From the human T2T-CHM13v2.0 reference genome, Homo sapiens, in contig CP086569.2 of assembly GCA_009914755.4 (NCBI GenBank), positions 23,616,001-23,680,000 on the forward strand: 64,000 bases of DNA, written 5' to 3'. Below the pieces are notes generated by a model, which searched no databases, was not told the origin of the DNA, and saw only the letters and a program-made list of their open reading frames with translations. Below are positions 40,401 through 53,523 of the stretch, piece after piece. The stretch's first letter is position 1, and the number at the start of each line of letters is the position of its first letter. The position numbers were made by a program, and so were the translations under genes.

Positions 40401-42349
40401 TGTCTCCTCTCTGGCTAAATTTGTGCCCAAAGAAGGAGTTTTGATATGTCACTGAAATGATCATTCCAGTGATGTGACTCTTCTGCCAGGATCTTGCCCA
40501 CAAGATGGATTGTGACATCTCACTAGACCCATACCCACATAAGTGATGTGACTTTCCTGCCTTCTCTCTTGCCACAAATAATATTGTGCCATATATCTGA
40601 GACCACAAGAAAAGCCTAATAGCAACTCATATGTCTGAAGTCAGAACTTGTGCAGGATGGTGGGTCATATTCGTAAACCTTTTCTCAAGTGTAATGTGAC
40701 GTATATTTTTGCCCAACTCTTGAATGATTTAGTAATTCTGCCTTGATATAGTCCACGAATGAGATTTTGACAAACACTTGGGCCAAGAACCTTGGCGAAT
40801 AGATTGTGCTGTCTTAACAATGTCCTCAGGGGAAATGGTCACATATTTCTTGACCCATCATCTAGGTTACATTGCTCTCCTCTTTGGCCTGTACCCTGCT
40901 TCCTTTAGTAATTTTAGCATTTCTAAACACAGCATCCTAATGACATGATTCTCTTTCGTGGGCCCTGCCAACGTGAGACATTGTGACGCAGTTTTGGGCT
41001 CTGCTGTTACGTGACACGAATCTCCTATCCTTCCTGGACACTTCCCACGAGGAACAGTGTGCAGAAAGCTGAAATTAGCACACAAGTTATGTGACATTTC
41101 TGACTGGAACCTACCCACAATCAAGATATTGGAATATTTCTGGCCCAGCATTTAGGTGATGTGGCTCTTCTGCCTGCTTCATAACCACAGAGGGAATTGT
41201 AACATATACCTAAGCATGGATCACAGGCATGATAATGACTCTCTTATGTGGACTTATCCAATAAAGGATACATTGAGTCTTATAACTAGGTTTAGGGACA
41301 TGTGTGATGTCCCGGATCACCTTCTCGTTCAAAGTTCACAAAAGACTGTAACACTCACACATATTTACAAAGTCTTTGGGTTACACACACAGAATCTAAG
41401 CAGGGCACAGCACACAGGTGAAATTGTGAGCCTTGTATGCACACCTAGCTCATCGTAATGACTGTCATCATCTAACATGTATGAAGCCAACTGTCACCCA
41501 TGAAAACAGGACATGGGTGCTACTGTAAATCTCATCTTTGGAATTTTCTGACAGTGAGCTTGTGGTGTAAATCTTTGCCAAGCACCTGTGTAATTTGACT
41601 CACCAGAATTGTTTCAGCCTGTATATGAGATTGTGATATCTACCTAGGCCAACCTGGAGTTGATGTGACTCTCCTGCCTGGGACCTTTTCTCAGTAAGGA
41701 TTGTGACATATCACTGGATCTAGCATCCAGGCGATGCTACATTCTTGCCTGCCCCATGCCCACCAAAATTGCTGTTACATACCATTGTGTCCACCTCTTA
41801 GGGGATGTAACTCTTCTCTCTGTAATGGGCCCTGCACAAAGGAAGAATAGTGATATATTGCTAGGCCAGGCACACAGGTGAGGGTACACTTAGGCCAGAG
41901 CCATGCCCAAAGGAGGGCATTGTGACATATCTCTGGGCTTATCACAGATTTCATGTGGCTCTGCTGCTTGGGTCTTGCCAACCTGGAGAGTGATATATTT
42001 CCAGGCCAGGCACACAGGTGATGATATTCTTTTGCCAGGACTATGCTTCATAGAGAACATTGTGACATATATGTGGGCCTATCACCATTGTGAAGTGACT
42101 CCCTGCTTTGGCCCTACCTACACGGTGCATTGTGGCATAAGCAGAGAATCTGCACCTAGGTGATGTAACTCTGTTTGCTGAGTGCTGTGTTAAGAGTCTT
42201 GTTAAATATCTCAGGACCCAGCACCCAAGTGATGTGCTCTTTTGCCTGCTTTCTGCCCACAGGTTACATTGTGACACATTCCTATGAAATCACCTAGGGG
42301 ATGTGACTCTCCTCATCTCCCTGAGCCACGCCTGCTGTGGACATTGGGA

Positions 42350-42828
42350 TGCAGGGGTTCAGTCAGCCTGGTGGGAAAAACTTTAAGATAAAGTTATAAA
42401 ATGTAAACACAGAATCTCTTGGAAGGCCTGCAGGTTTCCATAATGTGTTTGGTTGAAGGCAGCCTTATTCTTTTTGAGCTATAGCAAGGGTATTTAACAA
42501 AGCAATGTAGAGAAGACTATTTAAATAGCTTATTTACTCATGTGGTTCTGAAACTAACCTTTGACCATTTGCGAGTGAATGAGTGTTCTGTACTGAGGGG
42601 GTCGGCAATGGTAATTACCTTCTAGTGGTGTTTACTTGAGATTTTTTGTCATTTAGTGTGTGCTGAATAAATTCCAGAAGAGCCAGAGACTTGAGGCCAC
42701 AGCTGACAGCACTCTACTTGAAGCATGTAAGTGGCCTGGTCTCTCAGCCAGACTGATAATCATAATATGTGCATCAGTGTATGTTATTCATTTGTCACTG
42801 AGTCAGGGTTTCCCGGATGGACCTCGCA
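42350..42828. other. ~480-bp non-satellite insertion of unknown origin interrupting one monomer of the array
   Basis: The monomer sequence ..cctgctgtggacattggga breaks at 42350 (tgcaggggttcagtcagcctggtgggaaaaactttaag...) and resumes at about 42829 (cattgggacgtatctctgagcccatgacctaagtgatgtgactctc). The inserted sequence has no 70-bp periodicity and contains AATAAA (..gtgtgctgaataaattccag..). No Alu, L1 or LTR hallmarks were recognised. Confidence 0.5.
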
Positions 42829-45800
42829 TTGGGACGTATCTCTGAGCCCATGACCTAAGTGATGTGACTCTCTTTTTCTGCCTGGGCCTTCACAACAGGA
42901 GGATTTTGACACATTGCTGAGGCCAGCACTCAAGATACATAACTCTCCTCCTTTTTCAGAAAATGACTACAAAAAGGGAATTTTGACATATTGCAGGATG
43001 CATCACCAGGTGATGTTACTCTTCTGCCTGGGTTCAGCCTAAAGAGGAAATTATGACATATTGCATATTGCTGGGCCCAGCACCCTCGTGATGTGACTCC
43101 TGCCTGTGCTGGAGCCACTGAAGGTATATTGACATATCTTGGGCCTATTATTAGGTGTTTTGTCTCATTACCTGGCTGGATTTTTTCCACATGTGAGATG
43201 GTGTCATATTGCTAGGTCCAGCACCCAGTTTATGTGACCCAATTTTCTATACCCTGCCTAGAGAAGGCATTGTGGCATATTGGTTTGCACAGTACCTAAG
43301 TGATGTTACCCTCCTGCCTAGTTTTTTGTCCACAGATGGAATTATGACAGATACCTTGCTTCAGTTCAAAGGCATGATGATCAAACTTACATTGGGATTG
43401 ACCTAATAGGGGATATTTTGCCTCTCATACTTAGGTTTAGGGCAATAGGGAAGCCCCAGGTTGCATATTTGTACCATGCTCACAGAAGCTTACACCACTA
43501 TCTTATATTGTATAAACACATTCGTGGTAGAGAGTTTATTAACAGGAGCCAGCAAAAAGTTCAGATTGGGACTCTCAATTACACAACAAGGAGAAATTAA
43601 AAGTTGTCATTATCCCACACTTACAAATCCCACTGTTGAGATTCTCAGTGTAACCAGCGAATATAGTACAAAGTTGGAATTGTTATTTTATATATGCGTC
43701 TGGCCAAAGGTTGGATGGTGACTCATTTCTGCACCCAGCCCACAGGCATAATAGGTCTTCCTCCTTAACCCTGCCTGTAGGAGAGATGTTAACTAAAAAA
43801 CCTGGATTTAGGGCAATATATAAGATTGTGAGTCCATACAAGCATGCAGACCTCAGAGAGGTTTGCATCCCTCATGAAGGTTTTGTAAGTTCCTCAGATG
43901 TTGTGGAGAGAGTCATACATTGGTCCAGCACACGCATGAGACTGTGACACTAATATACATGCTCAGCTAAAAGTTAGCTGTCACCCTCAAAGATGAGGAG
44001 ATTGTGTCATATCATTGGGCCTAGTACCCAGGTTTTGAGACTTTGGGGCTCATATGCCTTTCCATGGGGTCATTGTTACATGTTGCTGGGTCAAAATCAT
44101 AATAATGTGACTCTTTTGCCCGGGCCCTGTCAACAGGGGATATTATCACATATTTCTGAGCCTATTAGCTAGGTGATGTTTCTCCCCTGACAGTGCCCTG
44201 CCCACAGGAAACATTGTGACTTATTGCTAGATATAGAATCTATGTAATGTGACTCTCCTCTCCTGCCTGGATCCTGCCCACAGAAGAAATTGTGACATGC
44301 CGCTGGAAGCAAAATCTAGCTGAGTCATATCTCCAAACATTTAGGTGATGTGACTCTCCTCTTCTGCCTGAACATGGCCCGCAAGCGACATTGCGACACA
44401 GAGCTGGATCTGGCACACAATTTATGTCACATTTCACAAAGTATTCTACCTACAAAGAAAATATTGGAATATTTCTGGCTTGACATTCAGGTTATTTGGC
44501 TGTCGTGATGGTTTCATTACCACAAAGTAAACTTTGACATAAAACTGTGCTCTGTCCACAGGCATGGTAATGACTCTCATATGTGGACCCCCAAAACAGG
44601 AGTACTTTTGACGCTCATAGCTTTTTTTTTTTTTTAGAAACAGGAGTGATTATGTCTCGCTAAGGACAAAGTCACAGGTTATAACAACCTCAGATATTTT
44701 ATAAAGCCTTTGGCTTGTACACAGAGTGTCATAAGAGAACCCAGCAGAAAGGTAAAATTGTAGTGTTACATGCACACCCAGCAGTCAGTAACGACTATCA
44801 CTGTCTCACATATATGAAGCCAACAGTCACTCATGAAAATAGGACATGCATGGAATTGTAAATCTCATCTCAAGAAATTTCTGCCAGTGTGACTGTGATG
44901 TAAATTTTCCTGAGAACCTGTGTGATCTGACTCTGCATACTGGCTCCCACCCCCATATGTTGTTGTGTTATCTACCTGGGCCATCCTCTAGGTGATGTGA
45001 CTCTCCTGCCTGGGCTTTGCTCTCAGTAAGAATTGTGACTTATCACTAGATCCCACAACCAGGTCATGTTACATTTATTTCTGAGCCATACCCACATAAA
45101 TCATTGTGACATATCACTGTGTCAACCACTTGGGTGACATAACTCTTCTCATTAGAATGCACACAGTGGAAGATAGTGACATATGGCTGGATGAGGCACA
45201 CAAGTGATGGTCGTCTTTTGCTAGAGCCTTGTCCTAAAGAGGACATTGTGACAAATCTCTGGGCCTATCATTTAGGTGATGTTGATCTCCAGCATGGTTC
45301 CTACTTTCCTGGATAGTGACATATTGCTAGGCTAGGCATGCAGGTGATGGTACACTTTCTACAGGGCCAGACTTCAAGGAGGACTTTGTGACATATCTCT
45401 GGGTCTATCATCTAGGTGATGTGACTCCTGGCTTGCATGCTGACCACATAGAATATTGTGACATAAGGGTAGAACCTGCACCTATTTGTTGTAACTCTCT
45501 TGTCTGGGTCCTGTCTTAAGGGAGCCATGTGACATATTTCAGGACCCAGCATCAAGGTGATGTGGCTATTCTGCTTGGCTTCACCTCATATACTAGATCG
45601 TGTCATATACCTAGGGAATCACCTAGGTGACGTGACTCTACTCTTCTACCTGACCCCTGCCTACTTTTGATATTTGGCCAATTATCTGAGCCTGGGTCCC
45701 AAGTGATATGACCCTTTTCTTCTGCTTGCTCCTTTAAAGTGTGGTGATGTGACATATTGCTGAGCCCAATACTTAGCAATATGATTCTACTTTTTATCCC

Positions 45801-47022
45801 AAGCTATGCACATGAAAAGGAATTTGGACAGATTGCCGGGCCCTGTCCAAATTTTATTCCACTTTTTATCCAAAACTATGCACGTGAAAAGGAATTTGGA
45901 CGGATTCAGGGGCTCAGCTCCCAGATGATGTTCCTCTTCTGTCTGGGTCCTGCATAAAGAAAGAATTATGGTATATTGCTGGGACCCCCATCCTGATGAT
46001 GTAACCTTCCTGCTTGTGCCAGAGCAACAGAAAGTATTTTTATTTATCTTGGAGCTATTCTCTAGGTGTTTTTGTTTCCGTTATTTTTCATTTTTGTTTT
46101 TTCGCATTTGGGATTGTGTTATATTGCTGGGTCTAGCATCCAGTTAATGTAACCCTCATTTCTAGAACATGCCTAAAAATGTCATTGTGACATATTGCTT
46201 GGCACAGCGACATATTGCTTGGCACAGCATCTTCGTTGTGCTATCCTCCTGCCAAGTTTTTTTCCTACAAATGGGATTATGAAATTTACCTTGCTTCATT
46301 TCACAGGCAAGATGATCAAACAAATTGAGATTCCACTAATAGTGATATTTTGCTTTTCATCACTACATTTCAAGCAATAAGTAAGGTTATGAGTTGCATA
46401 TTTTTACAAAACTCACATAAGTTTTCAACACCAACTCATATTCTATAAGCTCCTTGGGTGATACACAGAGTTTTATAACAGGGCCCAGCAAAAGGGTAAG
46501 ATCGTGACTCTTGATTACATGTGTAGGTGAGAGCAAATGTTGTCACCACACCACATTACAAAGCCCAGTGTGGAAGTCCTGATTTTAAAAAGTAAATAAA
46601 GTACAAAGATGGAGTTGTGAGTTTCATATGTGGATCTTGCTATAGGTGAGATGGTGAATCATTTCTGGACCCAGATTACAGGCATAATAATGGGTCTCTT
46701 GTCTGAACCCAGACGGGGTTTAGGGCAATATATAAGATTCTGAGTCAATACGAGTATGTAGCCCTCAGAGACATTTGCAACTCTCATGCATATTGCATAA
46801 AGCCTCCAGATGTTGCAGAGTGTGTCATGCAATGAACCAAAACACGTGAGAGATTGTGACCCTTATATACACACCAAGCTAACTGTTAAAGGTGTTATAT
46901 CAAATGATGAGAAGATTGTGTCATATCACTAGGCCTAGTACCCTGGTGTTGAAAGTTTTTGACTTAAATTCTTTACCATGGGTGCATTGTAAAATATGGC
47001 TGAGTTAGAGTCGTAATAATGT

Positions 47023-47333
47023 GGCCAGGTGTGGTGGCTCACGCCTATAATCCTAACGCTTTGGGAGGCTGAGGTGGGCAGATTAGGAGGTCTGGAGATC
47101 AAGACCATCCTGGCTAACATGGGGAAATCCTGTCTCTACTAAAAATACAAAAAAAGTTAGCCGGGCCTGGTGGCAGGCACCTCTGTTCCCAGCTACTCAG
47201 GAGGCTGAGGTAGGAGAATGGCGTCCACATGGGAGGCAAAACTTGCAGTGAGCCTGGTAAGCCTAGATCATGTCACTGAACTCCAGCCTGTGTGACGGGG
47301 GAGACTCTGTCTTAAAAACAAAAACAAAAAAAA
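47023..47333 (+). mobile_element. Alu element (AluS/Y-like), plus orientation, inserted into the array
   Basis: GGCCAGGTGTGGTGGCTCACGCCTATAATCCTAACGCTTTGGGAGGCTGAGGTGGGCAGATTAGGAGGTCTGGAGATCAAGACCATCCTGGCTAACATGGGGAAATCCTGTCTCTACTAAAAATACAAAAAAAGTTAGCCGGGCCTGGTGG ... GAGACTCTGTCTTAAAAACAAAAACAAAAAAAA. Confidence 0.9.
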
Positions 47334-49208
47334 TTATAGCAATGTAACTTTTCAGCTTGGACCCAACCAACAGGGGACACTGTCAAACACTGTCACATAT
47401 TTTTGGGCTAATCAGCTAGGTGATGGGTTTCTCCTCCTGGTTTTCTGACCACAGAAGACACTCTGACATATTGCTAAATATAGCATATAGGTAACGTAAC
47501 TCTCCTCTCTTCCCTGGATCCTGCCCACTGAAGAAATTGTGACATACCACTGAGTGCAAAACCTGGGTGATGTGACTCTCCTCTTTCTCCTGGACTCTGC
47601 CAAGAGAGGGAGTTATCAGATATTACTGCACACAGCATTTAGGGAATGTGACTATTCACTATTTTTTCAACCCCGTATACACTGAGCATGATGACATATT
47701 TGAGATTGTACCCAGGTGATATGACTCTTCTGACGTTGTCCTGCCTACAAAGGAGATTATAATATATCCCTGGCTCGACACCCTGATTACATAACACTTC
47801 TCTCTTGTCTCTGTCCAAAGTTGAAACGGTGACATATACCTGGATTCAGCTCATATGCACAATAATAACCCTCATACCTAGACCTAGCCAGGAGAGATAT
47901 TTCAACTCTCATAGCCAGTCATTGTGATTCTCAGATCCACACCCAGCTGACGTAATTGTCATTCTCACACATTAACAGAGCCTACAAATGAGGTGCTAAA
48001 TCTCTCACACCTGAGTAGTTGATATTGTTACTCTCATACATGAATCTGCTCCACAGGTGATTTGATGACGTTTGAACCATTATTCAGTAGAACTGTGGTG
48101 CTTTGACTCTCTTACTGGAACACAATTATTAACTGGGATTGGGGCTTTTATACATGGATCTGTCCCCTTGTTGAGACTGTAATGCCTGTACTTCATAGGG
48201 GGTGCTGACTCTCATACCTGAAGCCAGGAATTTTGTGGGACTGTGAAACTTATTTCTGAACATTTTCAAGTTTGTGATTGAGAAGTATGACTTTGTTCAG
48301 CATCTGAGTGTTTTGACCCTCCTTTCTGGTCCCAGAGCACAGTTGAAATTGTAAAATACATGCACCAAGCACCTTTGGCAATGTGACAAAGGGCACTTTT
48401 TCATATCCCTGGGACCAGCACCAAGTTGATATGAACTCTTGGCCTGAACTCTGCCTGTGAAGAGCATTGTGGCTTTTATCTAGGCCTGTCACATAAGTTA
48501 TGTGATTTTCTTCTACTGCCTTGGCCCTGCACTTACAGTGCATTGTGACACATCACTGTGTACTGCACTCAGGTGTTGTGACTCTTTTTTGGGGAGAGGT
48601 TTGCCAATAGGAAACTTTGGAACATATCACTTGTCTCAGTATCTAGGTGAGGTTTCTACTCTTTTGCCTGGGCCCTGACCACCAGAAAGATTGTGAAATA
48701 TTGCTGAACCCAGCACCAAGTCAGGTCCCTCTCCTGCATGGTCCTGCACACGGGGGAAATTATGACAAATATCCAGGCTAATTTCCTAGGTGAAGTTTGT
48801 CTCCTATACTGCCTAAGCCCCGGCAGGCCCTGCCCATGGTGAGGAGAGGGGTTCAGATATCTCACTGAAACCAGCATTTATGTGATGTGACTCTTCTTCC
48901 AGAATCCTGCCCACAAGGAGGATTGTGACATTTCAGTGGAGCAGATCCCACTCAGGTGGTGTGACTTTCCTTTCTTCTCCCTGTCCACAGGTGATGTTGT
49001 GGAATATACCTGAGACTAGATGAAAGGTCTATCAGTGACTTTTGTACCTGGAGCCAGGACATGTGCAGGATGGTGACTCGTATCCCTAAACTTTTCCACC
49101 AGTGTTATTGTGACATATTCCTTTGCCCAGCCCCTGAGTGATTTAATAATCTTGCCTGGTTATAGCTCACTGATGACATTTTGACATATACCTGAGACAC
49201 GAACCTTG

Positions 49209-49215
49209 GTGATTT
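49209..49215. repeat. target-site duplication GTGATT(T), left copy, for the nested ERVK provirus (right copy at 54537-54543)
   Basis: ..gaaccttgGTGATTT|atcaggggaacc.. on the left and ..cttcccacaaca|GTGATTTgaattttgtgtcttaac on the right. Joining the two flanks with a single copy restores a normal array monomer (compare 40790 gaaccttggcgaatagattgtgctgtcttaac). Confidence 0.75.
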
Positions 49216-49690
49216 ATCAGGGGAACCAACCCCCAATATTTTAACATAGGTTCTTTTCTATTTTCCCTAAGTGTCAGTGGGTCTGAGAAATAAAGAGAAA
49301 GAGTACAAAAGAGATAAATTTTAAAGCTGAGTGTCTTGTTGGTCATGTCAGCAGGTTCTGTGATGCCCCCTGAGCTGCAAAACCAGCAAGATTTAATTAG
49401 CAATTTTCAAAGGGGAGGGAATGTACAAATAGGGTGTCGGTCACAGAGATCACATGCTTCCCATTTTAAGGGAAAGAAAAAGCTGAACCTCTTATTCAAA
49501 GTAGAATGATGATTCTCATTCTCCTGATAAGAAACAAAATAAGTAGCCTCCAGGCATTCCCTTCCACCAGAGGAGCAGTTGTTTTTTAAATAGCCCTTTG
49601 GTGCCCAGTCTATTACTAAACCATATGAGCCTTTTTTTCATATTACTGCATGTGAGTTAACACAATCATCCCAAACTAAAGTTTTAGATG
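49216..49690 (-). repeat. ERVK 3' LTR (U5-R and part of U3 only; the U3 5' portion is deleted together with adjacent internal sequence)
   Basis: It matches the first ~260 bp of the right-hand LTR, then diverges. The ~450-bp right-LTR tail (..GGGATTAAGAGATTAAGGTAAAGACAGG..CTTCCCACAACA) is absent on this side. The right boundary is approximate. Confidence 0.6.
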
Positions 49691-50552
49691 GGCCCTCAAA
49701 ATTTTTAGGGCATGCTTTTCCTGCAGGTTTATATTGAAAGTATGAGGCATCTCCCATTACTCCCCCTTTCATTTGTTTTAAAGGAGAAAGGGAGAGGCCA
49801 GAGACCAAATGCCCCGGTTCCTCTGTAGCTGATCTCTCCAGAAGATAAGCAGCCCAGACTAGAGTTTCTAGATGTATACAACCAGCTGCCTGTCTGAGGC
49901 ACAGAGATGGGCATCTATAACTACAACCCATAGTAACATTAAATGCAGTGGCTTCTTCTCCTGGTTGAGTGGGGCAACAGTCATCTGTAGGTCCAGGCAT
50001 CCATGCACTGTCATTAGTGTAGATTTCCACAGGAGCATCCATCCAGGTGAGAGGTCAAATAAGTGGAGGAAAAGACACATAAGCCCACTAAGAATAATTT
50101 TGTGTAGCAGGTAAATCAGTGTGAGAGGAAACTGGTGAGACAGAATGTATAAGGAGGAGAATCATTAAACAAAACCTATTGTAAGTAAGATTCAGTGCTG
50201 AGATTCAGGGAGGAAGAGAAGAACAGAGGGATGTTATTTTCAGGTTAATATGAACGGTGAGATTTTTAGGTCTGTAAGGGGAAAAAGAAAGGTAATTAGG
50301 TGAAGTGGGATTGGTTAGATGGGTCTCCATTGCCATCAAGGACGATTGAACCAGACCCATCTTGATTTGGTGGGCCAGCTTCTGAGGAGTTGGCACAGAT
50401 CTCACCATGGCTGAGGTCCGTCTCTGATGCGGACCTCTGTTCCCTGTGGTTTTTGTCATCAATATTCACATGAAGCTTGATTCTCCTAGTGGATATTCAG
50501 AGAGGGGATTGATGATCTCCTGGTGAAATGCAAGCATATCCTCATTTCCACA

Positions 50553-51560
50553 TTAAGTAGAATCAGAGACAATATTTAAAGGTTTAGGGAAATCCTGTAA
50601 GACAGTAATTACAGCAATTAAATCTGCCTTTTGAGCAGAGGTATAAAGGGTAGAAATAAGCTTGTCTGTAGGACCCACATAGCCAGCATTTCCATTACTG
50701 GAGCCATCAGTGAACACTGTAATGGCCTCAGGAATGGGCTGGTCTTTGGTTAAGCAAGAGACCACCGAAGATGTCATTTTTATAAAATTAAACAATTTGT
50801 TTTTTGGATAATGATTGTCAATAACGCCAATAAAATCAGCCAAGTGAATTTGCCACAGTACAGAATGTTGAAAGGTGGCTTGAATTTTGAGCCAATTTAA
50901 AGGAACTACAATTAAATTTGGATCAAATCCAGAAATTTCAAGTATTTTACACCAAGCTTGTTCAATTAAGATGGCCAGTTGGGCCAGATAAACAGACAAA
51001 GCTTTTGACACAGAATGGGGAAGAAAACACCACTCTATTAAATCATTATGTTGAACTATTAGCCCAGTAGAGGAGTGCAAGGAAGCAAAAACTAGAAGCT
51101 GAAAAGGCTGAAATGGCTGTACTCTAGATAGCTGGGCAGTCTGGATTCTTCCCTCTATGAATTCCAGTCCTGGTGAAGCCTCATGTGTCAAACTCCTGGA
51201 ACTGCAGAGATTGGAATCTCCCCACAGTGTAGAAAACAAGTTAGACAGTGCATAGGTCAGAATGCCTAAAGTAGGTCTTAAATAATTAATGTTACCCAAA
51301 GGTTTCAGAAGTCTTTAAAGTTTTCAAAGAATCTCTCCTAATTTGAACTTTTTGAGGTTGAATACGTTGTTTATCAACCACCATTCCTAAATATCAAACA
51401 GGAGTGGTCTGCTGAATTTTATTCTGAGTGATGTGCAATCCAGCCTCTGTAACACAATGGCTCAAAATTTGATAACAGTCAATTAATTCTTTATGAAGGG
51501 GGGTGGCAACTAAAATATCATCAATATAATGAAGAATATAGGCCTGGGGAATTGGGCTCA
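50553..51560 (-). pseudogene. ERVK pol remnant (RT palm/thumb and RNase H N-terminus)
   Basis: The 248-aa ORF at 50553-51299 (minus) reads ..QLAILIEQAWCKILEISGFDPNLIVVPLNWL..HYPKNKLFNFIKMTSSVVSCLTKDQPIPEAITVFTDGSSNGNAGYVGPTDKL. The YIDD box lies upstream at 51517-51528. No protease, dUTPase or integrase core was recognised, which is consistent with large deletions. Confidence 0.7.
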
Positions 51561-52064
51561 AACTGGTGAAAGCACTTGTCTAACATAAAGCTGGCAGATT
51601 GTAGGGCTATTCAGCATTCCCTGAGGAAGTGCTTTCATTGATAACGAGCTGCAGGCTCCTGATTATTGATAGATGGTAAAGTACAAGCAAATTTTTCACA
51701 ATTCAATTCATGTAAAGCAATATAAAAAATGATCTTTAAGATCAAATGAGAGGTCAAAACTTAGATATTAAAGCAGGGGCAGGCATGCCAGGTTGGATGA
51801 CTCCCATAGGTTTAATTACAGTATTAGTGGCCCTTAAATGAGTTACCATCTGCAACTTTCCTGATTTCTTTTTTTACTAGAAACACAGTAGAATTCCAGG
51901 GGAAAAGGGAAAATTCTGCATTACCAAGTTGTAACTGTTCAGAAACTAATTGAGTTAAACCCTCCAGTTTTCTTTAGAAGCCACTGCAGGTGTTTAATCC
52001 TCACAGGTGTGTCAGATTAAACTTTAATGTATGCAGGCAACATCTCGTGATCCAGTAAATTTTG

Positions 52065-53172
52065 TCATTGGATGGAATGCATGGCCATCTTACACTCATG
52101 GTTCACATTTTCAAAAGCTAACATACAAAGGAGAACACCTTGAACATGATAATTAGAGACAGATTTTTCAACAGCATCTTGTAATTTAGCTAAAAAATCA
52201 GGGTATAATTCAGTGTGACCTTGTTTAACAGTAGTAAAAGAAGCAGGAGCTTGGCCTAGGGTGCGTAATTTATCCCAAGCTCTCATACACACCTTTGCTA
52301 CTTGTTCTGTGGTAAGAGCATCAAAGTTTAATTGGGCATAAGTATCAGAGAAATTATCAGACCCTGTGAGCTGAGCCTGAGTAGTTAGAATGCCATTAGT
52401 CAAATTTAGCTGAGCCTGCAAATAGGCCTTCTCTGACCACCAGGTACAAAACTGTAAATGCTGAGATGGGTTAGAACAGCTATTGCCAAAAGGTCCCAGT
52501 CTAAAGGAAGGAAAATGACCTCTGTACAAAAGTTTGTAATACCATTTTAACATAAGGAGAAGTAGGGTCATACTGAGTACAAGCATCCTTAAATTCTTTT
52601 AAAAAGGTAAGATTGAGAGGTACACAATGATGCAGACCGGTTGAGGAACTGAAATGACAGGAGGGTGCGGGGATGCGATGGATGGGGGAGTGCTTGGAGA
52701 ATTAAAGGTAAATTGTAGTTTGGTTCCAGAGCCATTAGCTGACACCAGAGGTTTGAAGAGAGAAGAATTACCACATATATGGAAATGGGCTGTAGGAGTT
52801 GGGGCCACGGGAGTTACAAGTACTGGCTTTTCATGAAAAGAAATAAGGTCAGCAGGGGGTAACATTAAGCCAAAGTTACTGGAGTTAGACACTGAATTTT
52901 CAGCATCGTTAGGTGGGGGGAGGAGTAGGTGAAGGGAGAGGCTGAGCAGATAACAAAGGCGGTATGGGAAAGGAAAGTTGAGGAGGTATTAGGACAGCAT
53001 GTACCAAGGCCCAATCACCCCACACAGCGATGGGAACATAATTCCCTGTCGAGACCAGTTCCCAGAATATTGAACCAACATGATCCCATAATTTTACATA
53101 TAAGTTTCCTTTTTCAGGAAACCAAGGACAGTATTTTTCCACTGCCCTGAATACAGTCACCATATTTTCCAT
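52065..53172 (-). pseudogene. ERVK gag remnant (MA/p15/CA)
   Basis: The ORF at 52065-52586 (minus) reads ..VKQGHTELYPDFLAKLQDAVEKSVSNYHVQGVLLCMLAFENVNHECKMAMHSIQ. Compare the HERV-K CA ..QGPKEPYPDFVARLQDVAQKS..ELMAYENANPECQSAI. The ORFs at 52599-52892 and 52909-53172 (minus) are proline-rich upstream gag pieces. Confidence 0.7.
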
Positions 53173-53505
53173 GGTTACTTAGACCCTTCCCCGTTTTAAC
53201 AGGTCTACATCTAAGTTTCCTTTTTCAGGAAACCAAGGACAGTATTTTCCCACTCTCTTGAATAGAGTGATCATATTTTTCCATGGGCACTCAAACCCTT
53301 TCCTCTTTTAACTGGAGTTTAATATAGAAGAGATAAGTATAATTTTTAGACTCTGTATGACCCATAGTTAACCCAGACAAATTCACAGACTACTCACAAA
53401 TCATCAGGGAGTTGAACAAGTGTTTCTGTGGACCAAACCGATGATGTTTCTCCACACCTACCTACCAAAGGGAATTGGATTCCCACATGCACTTAGGAAA
53501 AAGAA

Positions 53506-53522
53506 AAAAACACATTGGTGCA
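53506..53522 (-). other. degenerate tRNA-Lys-like primer-binding site of the ERVK provirus
   Basis: The minus-strand sequence immediately 3' of the 5' LTR is TCTGGTGCACCAATGTG. About 10 of 15 positions match the Lys1,2 PBS TGGCGCCCAACGTGG, from memory. Weak. Confidence 0.35.
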
Positions 53523-53523
53523 C

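Noticed and set aside
42341-42836. An 8-bp hAT-type target-site duplication (cattggga) flanking the 480-bp insertion, with terminal CAGGGGTTC resembling hAT ends
   Set aside because: The duplicated bases are part of the satellite monomer itself, so they are expected on both sides of any in-phase interruption. The two ends of the insert are not inverted repeats of each other.
49638-50042. 134-aa minus-strand ORF between the ERVK 3' LTR and RNase H, considered as an env or integrase fragment
   Set aside because: I could not recognise any retroviral env (SU/TM) or integrase motif in it. Position suggests it could be residual pol or env sequence, but the evidence is insufficient to call.
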